Shown one piece after another: positions 20,713 to 33,113 of a DNA stretch of 64,000 bases. A program made the position numbers and the translations under genes. The notes below the pieces were generated by a model. It ran no database searches. It was not told the DNA's origin and saw only the letters and a program-made list of their open reading frames with translations. Position 1 is the stretch's first letter. Each line of letters opens with the position of its first letter. The stretch is from Naegleria gruberi (taxonomy: Eukaryota): the NCBI GenBank assembly GCA_000004985.1, contig GG738933.1; one strand, given 5' to 3'.

Positions 20713-21330
20713 ATGCTTCGTTTTGCAAATCCAATAATAACAATTTCAACTCCTTCGAATTCACGAACGAATCCAGTCATTCAGTTAGCTCCTGGATCGA
20801 CTCTTTCGAATAATCAGCCGCAAATTTCTAATGAACAAATTGCCATGATCAATGCATTGGGTAATTATACAGGTGAATCTGAGGAGAAATGTCTTCGTTA
20901 TTTGATCTTTTTTGGTTGGAACTTTGAGTTGGCATATAAGGCAACTGTTTTATTGAGCCAAGAGCTGTGTGAAAGAACCAAATTGTCTAATTTGTTTCTT
21001 GCGAGAAGAATTTTAGAAGAAGCACAATTTGATGTGACGTTGTGTCATCAGCGAATGGAATTAGTCTTGTATTTGATGAATAGAACTAATTTGGTTCATG
21101 TATTTGCCTATGATTGCTTGCAACAATATCAATGGAATATCAACAGTGCTTTACAACGAGTTTTTGAGTTGGCTTCCATGAATAGATTACCTTCTCATGC
21201 ATTTTCAACAATTCCTAATTTGCAAGTGCAACAACAATCGAATAACAATCAACCAGATTCTGCCAGATCACTGCTTGCTCTTCAAACTGCTTACCATAAC
21301 CAATCGAGACACAATTTATTTAAATTGTAA
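20713..21330 (+). CDS. Protein with two UBA-like / TAP-C-like helical modules.
   Basis: EQIAMINALGNYTGESEEKCLRYLIFFGWNFELAYKATVLL and a second similar segment; weak, from motif memory. Confidence 0.45.
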   Translation: MLRFANPIITISTPSNSRTNPVIQLAPGSTLSNNQPQISNEQIAMINALGNYTGESEEKCLRYLIFFGWNFELAYKATVLLSQELCERTKLSNLFLARRILEEAQFDVTLCHQRMELVLYLMNRTNLVHVFAYDCLQQYQWNINSALQRVFELASMNRLPSHAFSTIPNLQVQQQSNNNQPDSARSLLALQTAYHNQSRHNLFKL

Positions 21331-21583
21331 TTGTAAATTATCAATCAATTGTAAATTATCAAAATATAAAAATGTAAATTACCAAATAAAAAATAATTAA
21401 CCGTGCAGGAAAGGTTGTAATCAAGAATAGGTTGGTTTCGTTTTGTTTAGGCAATCGAATCTGAATGATGGACCAATAATACATGTTTCCTTCCAACAAC
21501 TCTCCATTATGGGTCTACTCTGAATCAAATTGGAAGATATATTCGCCTTAATTCAAAAATTAGGAAAAAAAAACACAATCATC

Positions 21584-22297
21584 ATGGCTGAATGCTTGGA
21601 ATCCTTGTTATTAGCAGTGCAATGCTGTGCTGAAGTGGCAACTATTGTGCGGGAAATTGATGAAACAGATGGAGAAAATAGAAAGGAAATTGTTAAACTA
21701 AAGGCAAAGAAAATTGGCATACTGTTGGTGGTAATTAGTTCGTGTTTAGTTTGCTTTCTGTTAGGTGTTGGATCGTTGTATTTGGTCGCGACGAGGTTGA
21801 GTGAGCAAATAGATGTGCAATATGTTCATAATTGTTGTTTTGCTGTTGGAACGAGTTATTGTTATATGAATTCACATGATTCCAATTATGAATATTGTGA
21901 ATATAAAGTTTCGTATGCAAAATTGAGTCCAACAATTGTTTCAAATCCAAACCAGTTCAATTCATCATTCATTTCTGAGCAATGTCAGCAAATCATGCCC
22001 AGTAACACTCATGCCATCACCACTTTCAATTATTTAAAGAAATTCACACCAAACAATTCAACCATTTGCTATTCGAATGCTGAAGAAACAATATTTACCT
22101 TCAATGAGCCAATCCACACTACCACAATAAGCACTACTCAACAAGTGCTATTTTACTTCATCGTGATTTCAGTGTTAGCATTCTGTTTCTTTATGGTAAT
22201 GGTATTAGTGTTGGGATTTTATTTCGTAGAAAGAAAGGGCGAAAAGAAAGATAAATCTCAATACGAAGAAATAAAGGAGGGAGAAGATAATCTGTAA
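21584..22297 (+). CDS. Hypothetical membrane protein with two TM helices. The track start is TTG; the first ATG is at 21584.
   Basis: Hydrophobic segments IGILLVVISSCLVCFLLGVGSLYLV and FYFIVISVLAFCFFMVMVLVLGFYF. Confidence 0.45.
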   Translation: MAECLESLLLAVQCCAEVATIVREIDETDGENRKEIVKLKAKKIGILLVVISSCLVCFLLGVGSLYLVATRLSEQIDVQYVHNCCFAVGTSYCYMNSHDSNYEYCEYKVSYAKLSPTIVSNPNQFNSSFISEQCQQIMPSNTHAITTFNYLKKFTPNNSTICYSNAEETIFTFNEPIHTTTISTTQQVLFYFIVISVLAFCFFMVMVLVLGFYFVERKGEKKDKSQYEEIKEGEDNL

Positions 22298-22416
22298 TTG
22301 AGGCCTCAATGATCGCTCAATAAACAAATGTACATAGTCAACTTGTAGAAATTTTCAATTTCATCCAACTAATATTGAATATCTAGTTATCATATTATTT
22401 AATAACTAGATTGTAT

Positions 22417-23641
22417 TTACAAGAACATTGGGTTATAGGCATCTTTGGTTTCTTTTTGCTTTTCTAAAACTTCATTAAGCTTAATTCTGATAGCTTCTCC
22501 AGTCTTTTCAAGTTTATCAGTCTTGATAAATAATTCCTCTCCCAACAATTTATCGATTGCATGAACAATAGAAATGATTGGTTTGGTTGACAAAATTTCT
22601 TGAGTTAATGAAATTGGTGCAAATAATCCAACAACCACCAAATCAGTGAATGGAGCCTTTCCTAAAACAACAGAACTAATTCCACTTAGCACAATATTAT
22701 CCTTAATTGGGAAATGGCCATATTTCACCAAAGTATCAGCCATTTCTTGATCATTTGTAATAAAGTAAATGCTATCACTTTGGTCACTAGTATCTTCATT
22801 ACTAGCAGCTGTTAACAATTTCAATAATTCCTCACGGGATGGTGGATGAATTGGAGTTTGAATATCTTCATGTGTGTTAATAATAATTGGTGTGAAATTA
22901 AATTGCCATACCTTCAACATCTTCTCCTGCAATTAATCTCTTCTTCTTTTCATCCATTGGAATAGCTTCCAAACTAACAATACATTTACATCCATGTCTC
23001 TTTCCAAATTCAAACAAGGCATTCACCATTTGATGAGAAACGAATGGATCCTTTCTAATAATAATTTACAAAAATTATTCTCCACATTACAAGAAATACT
23101 TACAATTCATATTCACTTGTGAATACAACAATCTTGTTATTACCATATATTCTGACTCCACTTTGTGGTGTGTAATCTATTCATTGACGATAATATTAAA
23201 CCATTCAATTTGTCATTAATCCAAATTGTAAACTACATACTATTAATCAAACAAACAGGTGGAAATACCTCACTGATCACATCTCCAATCAATCTATCAT
23301 TCCATAAAATCATCAAATCATCATCCATATATTAATCATCATCAATTAAAAACCTACGGAAGATCCAATTGTTCAACCACATATCCAGCAGCAGTCGAAA
23401 TTGTAGTTGCCCCACTCGGAAAGCCTTCAATTAATACAGCACCCTATTTACAAGATTCTCAATCGTCATCATCATCATCAATTCATCAATTCGATCAAAA
23501 AATTACAAACCTTGAGATCAAACTCTCCAAATTCTCTCACGATCAAATTCTTCTCCGCACTCCCATAGGTAAAAGTTTGAGAGATTTGATAGCGTTGGGA
23601 GGAAATCTTCTTTCCGAGGCCAGCCTTTTGATTTTCTGCCA
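22417..23641 (-). CDS. PAC2-family (proteasome assembly chaperone 2-like) protein. It has several exons, with at least 3 short introns at about 22887..22932, 23130..23210 and 23300..23480; boundaries are approximate.
   Basis: Exon 1 MAENQKAGLGKKISSQRYQISQTFTYGSAEKNLIVREFGEFDLK ends in a GTTTGT donor. A later exon, GAVLIEGFPSGATTISTAAGYVVEQLDL, matches the PAC2-family N-terminal motif. The terminal exon is the track ORF 22417..22932. Confidence 0.5.
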
Positions 23642-23838
23642 TTTTTTTTGGTTAGTATTTTAGCGAGAAATCCTTTTTTGGTCCTGATTTCAGTTTGGAA
23701 AATTCAAAACGACCGAGAATGGAAAATTGGTTTTTTGTAAACAAATATTTTATTTATTTAGACATTACTTGAATAAAAATTAAAAGATGATTTGAAAAAT
23801 TAATATTTTATGGATATAGTTTATGAGTTTCGAATATT

Positions 23839-25015
23839 TTACAAATTGAAAGATAATCTTTCCCATTCACCAACAGCACTTCTATTGACAACAATATCTC
23901 CACTTGGTTCCACACAAACATAGGTATTATGTTCAGATTTCAATGCAATAGCTCCATTTCCATGCAATTCAACACTAAATTGTTCCCAAGGTCCAACAGC
24001 ATCACGATTAGCAACCAACAAACCACTTGGTTCAGCACACATCAATTTACCATGAGCAGATCTGAATGCATTCTTTCCAGCTCCATGATGTTCAACAGTG
24101 AATTGTTCCCAAGGACCAACTGCATCACGATTGGCAACCATTGAATGATTTGATTCAGCACACAACAATTTACCATGATGATGTCTCAATGAAATGCTCT
24201 GATTTGGAGCCAATGAAAATTGGAACTGTTCCCAAGGTCCCAAAGCATCTCTATTAGCAATAACTAATCCAGATGGCTCAGCACACAAGAATTTACCATG
24301 AGCTGATTTGAATGCCACTTGATTTCCAGATTGAACCAATGAGAAAGTTTCCCACGGACCCAAAGCATCTCTATTGGCAATAATTTCACCACTTGGTTCA
24401 GCACACATGAATTTTCCATGAGCTGATTTGAATGCATAATCATTTCCAGAAATGTGAATCAAAGTCATTGCTTCCCAAGCTCCACTGGCATCACGATTGG
24501 CGACAACTTGACCACTTGGTTCGATACAGAAGTATTTGGAATGACAAGATCTGAGATTGGCCAATAGGGAACGATGTTTGGCTGAGTGGATAGTGTAGGA
24601 TCCATGTGGACCAGAATAATTGGTTCCTGGATAGGACATGCCACCTCCAGTGACGAAAAGATAGACATTGATAAAGTCGGAGAGGGAAATGGACTTGCTC
24701 TTGGCATGATCAACGAGTTTAAATAAGAATCTAATGAAATTTTGATTATTCGAAAGTAAACTATTTCTGTACTTACTTGATTTCTTCCTTGGCGAGACCA
24801 ATATCTTGAGCAGCTTTCTTCCATTCCTTCTTATTCATGGAATTGGAGTGATCCTTGTCGTATTGTTGGAAAGTAGATTGTGCTTGAGAGATGAGTTGTT
24901 GATCTTGACCATGTTGAGGCTAAAGTAGAGTAAACTAGACGAAAGTATGAGAATGCGTACTTACAATTTGGAAACCAGAAGGTGCCCATGATGGTTGTTG
25001 TCCTTGATACCACAT
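23839..25015 (-). CDS. EF-hand protein with six hisactophilin/fascin-like beta-trefoil repeats (two trefoils). About 3 exons; the junctions of the 5' exons (24802..25015) are uncertain.
   Basis: Exon 1 MWYQGQQPSWAPSGFQI ends at a GTAAGT donor. An EF-loop DKDHSNSMNKKE lies in exon 2. Six repeats of ANRDA.GPWE.F......AFKSAHGK.C.AEPSG, compared with hisactophilin AFKSHHGHFLSAE. Confidence 0.6.
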
Positions 25016-25253
25016 TTTGTAGAGTTTCGAATGGATCTGTTGTGAATTTTTTTTTGAGTTTTGTGTGATTGGTTTTTGATGAGATTTATTTTAGGTAAGA
25101 GATGTTACTTTCAATGTTTAGGATAAGTTCATTCAGTGTTGCATCTTTGTGAAAGAAAGGGCAATCTCTCGAATCTCCACTATTCGAAATGTTTACAATA
25201 ATTAAGTTCCTATTCGAAAGGAATAGTTTCTCTCAGTTTTATTCAATTATTAA

Positions 25254-27923
25254 TTAGAATTTGAATGGAACAACAGTTTTGTTACTATAAGTCTTGATAG
25301 GTAATTGAGGATAAAGTGTTAAATCTGTTGTTGAATCTCCTTCTTGTTCAATGACAAGTCGTTTAACTTTTAAAATTTTCAAATTAGTTTCCAAATCCGA
25401 AAGTGGAAATTCGTCTGATAATAGATCAAATAGTCTCTCCTTGGATATTCCTTTTTGAGTTGTTTCCTTCTTCTTAATTTTGTAAATAGTTTGAATTATT
25501 CTAGTTTCGATTAAATTTTCCACAAAATTCGAATTCCTATATTCGTAATCCAGATAGGCATCTTGATACTTTTCATAACAATTCAATCGTTTCAAACATG
25601 ATAGACAGAGCGTATTAGTACTTGGATTAAAATTATCTTTTGTAATTTCCTTATTTTCCAAATATTGAATAATAAAATGTCCATTACAATCATTAATTAT
25701 TCTTTGTTTCCTTAATAGTAAAGAATTGAATGGAGAATAAAAGTAAGTAGAACAGTATTGGCAGCGTACAATGCTAAATTTGCAAACTAAATGTCCATAT
25801 GAATATTTAGATTTCACAAGATTTTGATTTTCTGGTAGAATTTGAAATAAATCTGAAGGTCTTTTCATAAATTCATATTCGTCAAGTTTCAATCGTTTGA
25901 GAATATCTGCTTCTGCTTCTGCTTCTTGTTCTGGTTCAAAGTTAAGAGATTGGTTACATTTTCTGCGTGATTGTTCCTTGACAGTAAATAGAATGCCATT
26001 TGTCAAACATTTTTCCACAAATTGAAAGGAAACACTCTTCAATACGACAGGATAAAGCAAATTGGATTCATCTATATCTTTCGAATTGTAGGCGTCTGGA
26101 ATATATCCTTCATTACCCTTCACAAATAATTCAACCAATGGATTATTTCCCATTATGATACCTTCAGTTTGAATTCGGTTTGCATATTTATCAATGAGTG
26201 ACTTTCGAATTCTTTCCACAATAAAATCACAATGCATTGCGTGAAAGAGAGGATGAAAGGAATCAGCAACAATGGTTAAGAAACCTCTTTTTCCATATTT
26301 CAAAGCTCTTTCGTGGTGGACTTCACTGGTTCCTCCTGATTCTCTATTGATGAAATTAATCTTATACTTGAGAGATCGCAAACATTCCAAAACTGTCAAT
26401 ATTCTCTCGCCATCATACACAAGTTTACAACAATCCAAATCAAAAAATAAAAGTAACTCCTCAATGGTCTCATAGTTCAGTAATACTATTTGAATATTTG
26501 CATTTCCTTCTTGGCAAATATTAATAGAAGCTTTGGAGCTCATCATATTGTACTTTAAATGTGAGGTTTTCTCTTCCAATTTCAATAAAACTTGTTTGAT
26601 TGCTTGACTGATAACCTCTGCCGATTCTCCATTATTAATGACAAATAAATCAAAATCACTGAAACCACAACCTGTCAATGTGTGAAGTAGAGATCCTCCT
26701 GAAATGACAAAACGTTCTCTTGTCTTGGTAGTTTTGTTATGTTCAAATGCACATTCATAGAATAAAATTCTAGCCAATTCGTAATCTTTCAAAATTTCAT
26801 TCTTGAATCGATGTTGAAAATCTGAAAATGTCATTTCATATGGATTCTTGAAAAATCTCACAATTCTTTCACATTTTGTGGCATTTGGACTTGTTTCTTT
26901 ATCCATATAATAATGATAATCACGAGCACGGTTGTTAAATTCGTATGAATATTCCAACATATTTGGAAGGATTACACAATCTACTTTTGGCAACCCAGAA
27001 ACCACATTATACCATGGTTTTTTATCAAAGTTCATAAATGAGCATCTTCTCTTGACCAATTCATCGAAAGTGAGATAATAAGTGTCTGGTTGAGTAAATA
27101 TTCCATAGGGAAATACTGGAATGGCTTCTTCCTGTATTTTAATAATCTCTTCAAATTCCTTATTCGAAAAAATTTTCGCCTCCTCAATGGCCTGTGAATT
27201 GATCGCATCAATCATTGGATCTCCCACCTTAAATGTTCTAAATTTCAAATGGTCATGAAAATACCTCACTGGCCACTTGACAGTACTCTTCATCCTAAAA
27301 TATTGATCATAGGTCATCATGACATTCTCATTCGAATCCTGATGATAAACTAAACTCTCATTCCAACACGGTTCTCGTACCGTATTGGAGAATAAATCCA
27401 CCAATCGATTCACATTCCTAATATCCCTTCTCTTATTGAGAATATCAATTCTTAATCTTTCAATACTTTCTCCATAAACTCGATCAAACAAATCATAAAC
27501 TCCACGACAAGTCTGAATGAAATTAAACAATGCATACTTGTCCATATAAAACATCAAATCGAGTAGAATTTCAGATGGAAGTAATTTGATTAAATTTCGA
27601 TTCGGATTTTGAAATTCTCTCAAAACATTTTGTCCATTATTTTCAACAAGTGAATTTTCATGACGATTTCCTGACCATGAATAAATATCTCGTTGTTTTC
27701 TTCTCTTTTCGTATCTATCACAAAAGTATGGATTTACAAGATTTTTAGAGGAAATTGATTCGGGTTGAATTTGATCGAATGTGAAAGTTGTGAATTCGTC
27801 GTTTTGGTTAGTGTCGAAACTTGGAACTAACAAGGCAACGGGTTGAGGTCCTCGAGGAGAATCGTAAAAGTTATTGGAAAGTGTGGCAGTTTCTAATAGA
27901 ATATCATCCCATGATCGTTTCAT
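25254..27923 (-). CDS. F-box protein, 889 aa, with a Pol-beta-type nucleotidyltransferase core motif and a C-terminal Cys-rich region.
   Basis: F-box LLPSEILLDLMFYMDKYALFNFIQTCRGVYDLF. NTase signature ISGGSLLHTLTGCGFSDFDLFVI (G[GS]-x10-SDhDh) plus a downstream acidic FFDLDCCK. C-terminal CKFSIVRCQYC...CNGH...CLSCLKRLNC. Confidence 0.6.
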   Translation of the reverse strand: MKRSWDDILLETATLSNNFYDSPRGPQPVALLVPSFDTNQNDEFTTFTFDQIQPESISSKNLVNPYFCDRYEKRRKQRDIYSWSGNRHENSLVENNGQNVLREFQNPNRNLIKLLPSEILLDLMFYMDKYALFNFIQTCRGVYDLFDRVYGESIERLRIDILNKRRDIRNVNRLVDLFSNTVREPCWNESLVYHQDSNENVMMTYDQYFRMKSTVKWPVRYFHDHLKFRTFKVGDPMIDAINSQAIEEAKIFSNKEFEEIIKIQEEAIPVFPYGIFTQPDTYYLTFDELVKRRCSFMNFDKKPWYNVVSGLPKVDCVILPNMLEYSYEFNNRARDYHYYMDKETSPNATKCERIVRFFKNPYEMTFSDFQHRFKNEILKDYELARILFYECAFEHNKTTKTRERFVISGGSLLHTLTGCGFSDFDLFVINNGESAEVISQAIKQVLLKLEEKTSHLKYNMMSSKASINICQEGNANIQIVLLNYETIEELLLFFDLDCCKLVYDGERILTVLECLRSLKYKINFINRESGGTSEVHHERALKYGKRGFLTIVADSFHPLFHAMHCDFIVERIRKSLIDKYANRIQTEGIIMGNNPLVELFVKGNEGYIPDAYNSKDIDESNLLYPVVLKSVSFQFVEKCLTNGILFTVKEQSRRKCNQSLNFEPEQEAEAEADILKRLKLDEYEFMKRPSDLFQILPENQNLVKSKYSYGHLVCKFSIVRCQYCSTYFYSPFNSLLLRKQRIINDCNGHFIIQYLENKEITKDNFNPSTNTLCLSCLKRLNCYEKYQDAYLDYEYRNSNFVENLIETRIIQTIYKIKKKETTQKGISKERLFDLLSDEFPLSDLETNLKILKVKRLVIEQEGDSTTDLTLYPQLPIKTYSNKTVVPFKF

Positions 27924-28670
27924 TTTTTTGGTTGACCAAAGATTGCAAGGATGGTGAGGAAATTAATAACTATCTTTTGCACGAAATTGTAACCTTTCTA
28001 ATAAACTTTCGAATAACAAATCATGCTAAAACTTTCTTCAACATTCTAACCAATACTAAAGCACCACCTCTTCATTATTTCCTTCCGATAATTTCTACCA
28101 TCACAGACATTATTTTTCTGTCAAACTTCAATTTATTCGATATCTTTCGTTCACACAAAATGTTCCCGCATCAATTAAACAATAAAAACATCCTTTTCCA
28201 CCAAATAAACAAAACCGGGAACGAAATCTACTTCCAAAACCATTTATTGAGCTTTAGTTTTTAGTAGTATTAGAACTTGGACCAACACTAAAGGTCAGTT
28301 TATTCACATTTTTCGAAAACCAACTTTCACAACAAAACACATCTGCATCCATTATGATGATGCCGTAGTACCATCAAACTTGTCAACCGCCACTTGTCAA
28401 AAATGCTCAAACAAGCAAAGAAGGGGTAACAAACAATGTTTTCAAGGCTTTGACCAAATTTCATTCATTTAGCAAACCATTTCTTTAGAATGTAACCAGA
28501 TTCGACAAAGTTTGGGAAAGGAGGTATTAAAGAGCACAACAAATGAATCTGAAAGGGCCATTTTTCGAAAGGTTATCCGAAACTTGAAACACAAAACAGC
28601 AAGAAATCAATAGATGTCATAACACAATTTAACAACAATTATTCACTTTCAAAAAAAACAAAACAACAAT

Positions 28671-29913
28671 ATGAAATCAATCTTTTTAACTGTCCTTCTC
28701 CTTGTACTTTCGTTTAGTTTCGTCCACTCACAAGTTTACGTTACTGAAAAGTATACATCTGCTGTCGATGCTGCCATCAAAACATTAGTCAACGATGTTG
28801 ATTTCCAAGCAATGATGCTCAATTTGACCTATACCCCAGTTCCAGTTTGTGGTGATGACTATGCCTATCCATCCACAAATCCAATTGCCTCTGGAAAGAC
28901 TGTTTGGAATATGTGTTATCAAGAAGCTGAATATATTACCTATCCTTGGGGTTACATTTATGAGTAAGTAGAATAGTTTCGGATAATTGTGTTCGAAACC
29001 TGTAACAGATATGTCGGTAATGGTATTGTTAAAAATATCAATAAGCAATATGGACTCGCTCTGACTGCCAAATTCTTTTCTATCAATACTACTGATGGTT
29101 TCTTTGAATCACTGAAGGCTGCTGTTGATAGTGGAAAATGTGACGTTGTCGTTGCTGATGGTAAGTTTGTGAAATTTTCAACAACAGATAGATTTTCTAA
29201 TTTATTCAAATGATGATTTGATTATTTAACTGACACTGATTTCATATTCACATTAATTTTACAATATATTGTTTATAACATTATAATTATTACAAAACAT
29301 TGTACACACAAAAACAGTTACTCCATCAACTGAAAGAACTACAAAGGTTCACTTCCAAGGTTGTCAATACGGAGCTGTTTCTGATGCCTATCTCCGTGGA
29401 CCATTGGCCAGTAATCTCACAATTAACAGACACACTGATTTGAATCGTACTGGAATTATCGTTGCCGTCTATCAGGGAACCACTCACGAAGAATATGCTC
29501 GTGCCAATTTCCAAGCTGCTACCATTCTTGCTGTTTCCTATGATGATGCTTTCTTATATGTTGCCAATAGTAAGGCCCATGCTATGATTGGTAATTTGTT
29601 GGATGTTAATGCTTGGCTTTCTAATAATCCAGGTGTTTGTAAATCTTGTAGTGTTAAGGTTTGTAATATATTTGAAGCAAATTGTGTTTCTGACCATTTT
29701 TATATATTAATTAATGATGATATCATATCAAAATGAATTATTTGAATTGTGTAATTATTTGGTGGAATTATAATAATATAGACATATGGTGCTCCAAGTC
29801 CTTTCGGAAGTTTCACAACAGCATATATCATTTCGAGTGGATCTGCATTGACCATGAATTGGCTCATGATTGGTTTGTCATTCATTGCCACAATGATTGC
29901 CTTCCTCTTGTAA
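28671..29913 (+). CDS. Secreted bacterial-type solute-binding protein fold (SBP_bac_3 / PBPb-like), paralog A. Four exons; introns 28964..29008, 29161..29316 and 29659..29789. C-terminal hydrophobic tail, GPI- or TM-like.
   Basis: Signal peptide MKSIFLTVLLLVLSFSFVHS. FESLKAAVDSGKCDVVVADG-VTPSTERTTKVHF and NRTGIIVAVYQGTTHEEYARAN...LLDVNAWLSNNP align to glutamine-binding-protein-like lobes. Exon junctions restore one continuous frame. Confidence 0.65.
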
Positions 29914-30171
29914 AACAAATCATTCTGCTGCAACGGATTTAAATTCGACTTGTCTCAAAAACTAAATATTGAGATAAAAATTTTGTAAAATCTATTTAAT
30001 TTATAACTTTTTCCACATTTTTGTTTTTTTTGCTAGAAGATAATTTGATGATTTAAATATTATGAACTTTACAATATTTAAATAGTTATTGTAAAAATAT
30101 TTAATAATTTCGGACAACAATAATCCAAAGAGGAGATGACAATGAGACGTGCACATTGACCAACACAAAAA

Positions 30172-33056
30172 ATGTCCACTAGTGATGGCATAATGTCATC
30201 ATCATCATCTTCCACTCCTAACAACAATCTTTCCCTCATCACCACAAACAACATCAACCCCAACAACAATACCATCCCTAGTACCATTTCCAATAATAAC
30301 AATACCATCAATGCATCTTCTTCTTCATCTCCACTGCAATTCTCTCCTTCCAATGCTTCATCTTCATATTTCCCGCGCACTCATTCTCAAACTCTTCTTG
30401 AACAACAGCAAGAACAATCATTAAAAAGAATACAAACGAGTGGTGTTGCTGCTACCGGGCAAGGAAATAGTAGAAATTCTTTAGAGGGTGGTGTGTTTGC
30501 CAAGACTACGAGCAATAGCAGTAGTAATAGTCTGAGTGAGCAGAGTACTATTGGAAGTTTGAGTACGAGTGGTAGTTGTTATGGAGGAAGACAATCATTG
30601 GAAGGAATTCAATATCAACAAACAATTATGAATAATAATAGTAATAACATGAATAATAGTGTAAATAATAATAGCAATAATAATAATATGAATATGAATA
30701 ATAATTCTAGTGTGGAAGGAGAGAGAAGGTCCATCACTCTCAAAAGGCAAAATAGTAATAATAATAATAACAAGGATGATGAAAATATATCAAATTCAAT
30801 TTCATTGGATAGGATTGTTGATAATGATACTCATCATGGTCATCATCATCATGTAGATTTTCATATTGATGATGATACACATCATCATTTTGAAAATCCC
30901 TTGCTCATGATGAGTAAGATGAATTCAATGCCGAGTATTGAGAGCAATCTTTCGAGGGTAGCTTCATCAGTACCTCTCAATGCTGGATATCATTCCGACA
31001 TCGATTCTGTGGAGGAACCACACAAAACAAGCCATCCTGCTCAATTCTTTGATCAACAATGTTTTATGGAATGGAAGAGTATCACCTTTCCGATGGGATC
31101 TCCAAAGCCAATTTTGAAGAATATTAATGGCTTTGTTGCTCCAGGTAAATTGACTGCAATTTTAGGACCTATGGGTATGTTTTGGGTTGTGAAAATTAAT
31201 TATCAATTTATAACAATATCAATGAATTTCAAATATTCATCACAAAAATAATTAATTACAAAGGAAGTGGAAAATCGACACTACTGAGAATTTTATCTGG
31301 ACGAGGAGCTAGGATTTATAGTGGAGATATTTATATTAATGGACAACTTGCAATGAATAGTGAGAAACAGTTCATTCGTATTGACTCTGGTCGATTCAAA
31401 TCCCTAGTTTCCTTTGTGGCTAAAGATTTTACACCTTCTAACATGTCTCTAACTGTTAAGGAAATTTTACAATTTGCTGTGAGACTGAAATTGCCATCCA
31501 AATCTCAAAATCCACTTTGGACAACAAGAGACGATCGTCTGGCATTACTATTATCGAGTTATGGATTGAGAGGTAAGGAACATAGTCTTTATTCTTCTCT
31601 CTCCTCTGGAGAAAAGAGAAGACTTACTATTGCCGTGCAGAATGTTCTCTTCCATAGAATTGTCTTGTTGGAATATCCTACAGAGTTTATGGAATTTGGT
31701 GAATCATTCCTATTATTGAAAAGAATGAAAAAATTGGCTGATTTGGGAGTTTCTATTGTTGTATGTTTGCACAAACCTTCAGTGCAAGAGATTGAAATTT
31801 TTGATTACGTATCAATTTTGAATAAGGGAAGACAATTATATTTTGGTAGACCTACAGAGATTGTCACCTATTTTAATACAATTGGAGTGAGATTTCCTCA
31901 TGATAGACAAAACACAATAGCAGCTGTTTTGGAGCTATTGCTGCTGAGTGACATGTACAATTCGAACAATGAGGATGATAAAAAGTATGCAATCAGACAC
32001 ATGACCGAAACCGAGCTAAAGAGGGTCGACACTCTCGATAAGGAGTATGAAGAAAAGCTGGATGAATATTACATCCCTCAAAAACATAGGGAAGAATTGC
32101 CATACTTACAAAATACCATAGAATCCATTCAAACAGAAAAGTACTATTCGAACTATTGGTTTTCAATACTGATTCTGTTACAAAGAATTTACACTGTCAA
32201 GTTTAGAAATTGGAAGACTGAAATATTGTCACCATTATTGGAAAAGGTTATTATTTCAGTAGTAATTGGAATTCTCTTCCTTCAAATCGATCCAACTAAT
32301 ATGAGTATGAAGGGTAAAATATTCTCCTTCTTGAATTTGAATATTTCGCTCACTTTTGGTCTTGGATTGAAAACACTTGTTGGACAAATACCCAACCTAA
32401 TGCAGGAACGAAATTCGACCAGCTATCGGGTTAGTGCATTTTTTATTGCAAAATCTATTGAGGATACTATTGATTTTACCGTTTATCCAACAGTATTTGG
32501 AATTATAGTTTATTTCATGTGTGGATTGGACTATGATCCAGGAAGAGTTTTCAGTTTCATCCTGATTTTTGCTCTGTTCAATTTGACTTCAATGAGTGTT
32601 GCTCAAGCTCTCGTCTCTCTAATTCCTGTCCCTTCATTCTTGAACTTTATTTCACCTGTAATCAGTTTGGTATTTATTCTCCTCTCTTCTGCTTATGGTA
32701 TTACTAAGACTGATTATATAACTTGGATGGGATACTTCTCGTACCTGTATTACGCTTTCAGAGCATTGGCAATCAATGAATTCAAAGGAGATATCATTGA
32801 CATTCCACCAAATCAGAATGGAACAATTATCATTCCATCAGGTCAATACACCAATGGCACTCTCTTCTTGGAAAAGGCATATGGAATTACTGAACCATAC
32901 TACATGATGTGGATTTATACAGCCATTCTCTTCTTGTACTTTATTTTTTGTAAGATATTGGCATATATTGGATTGAGATTTGTCTATGGAAAGAAATCAC
33001 CCAAGAGAACATTGAAGAATATTCTCTCCCATTTCAAGACTTGTTGTAAAAAATAA
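30172..33056 (+). CDS. ABCG-type half transporter (NBD then TMD). Intron 31175..31263. Asn/Ser/His-rich N-terminus. Walker B and D-loop are degenerate.
   Basis: Walker A GPMG|SGKST across the exon junction; Q-loop LTVKEILQFAVRLKLP; signature LSSGEKRRLTIA; Walker B IVLLEYPT instead of ILFLDEPT; H-loop CLHKPS; six C-terminal TM helices. Confidence 0.8.
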
Positions 33057-33113
33057 ATATTTCTTTCTTCAACAGGAATTAATTCCCGCCAAATACTGAA
33101 AAAAAATACCAAA

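Noticed and set aside
24465-24824. 119-aa ORF and 24831..25013 ORF on the minus strand
   Set aside because: They are read-through of introns and alternative frames of the 5' exons of the EF-hand/beta-trefoil gene.
27821-28264. Plus-strand 147-aa ORF overlapping the start of the F-box nucleotidyltransferase gene
   Set aside because: It has AT-rich promoter-like composition and no motifs; it is probably chance.
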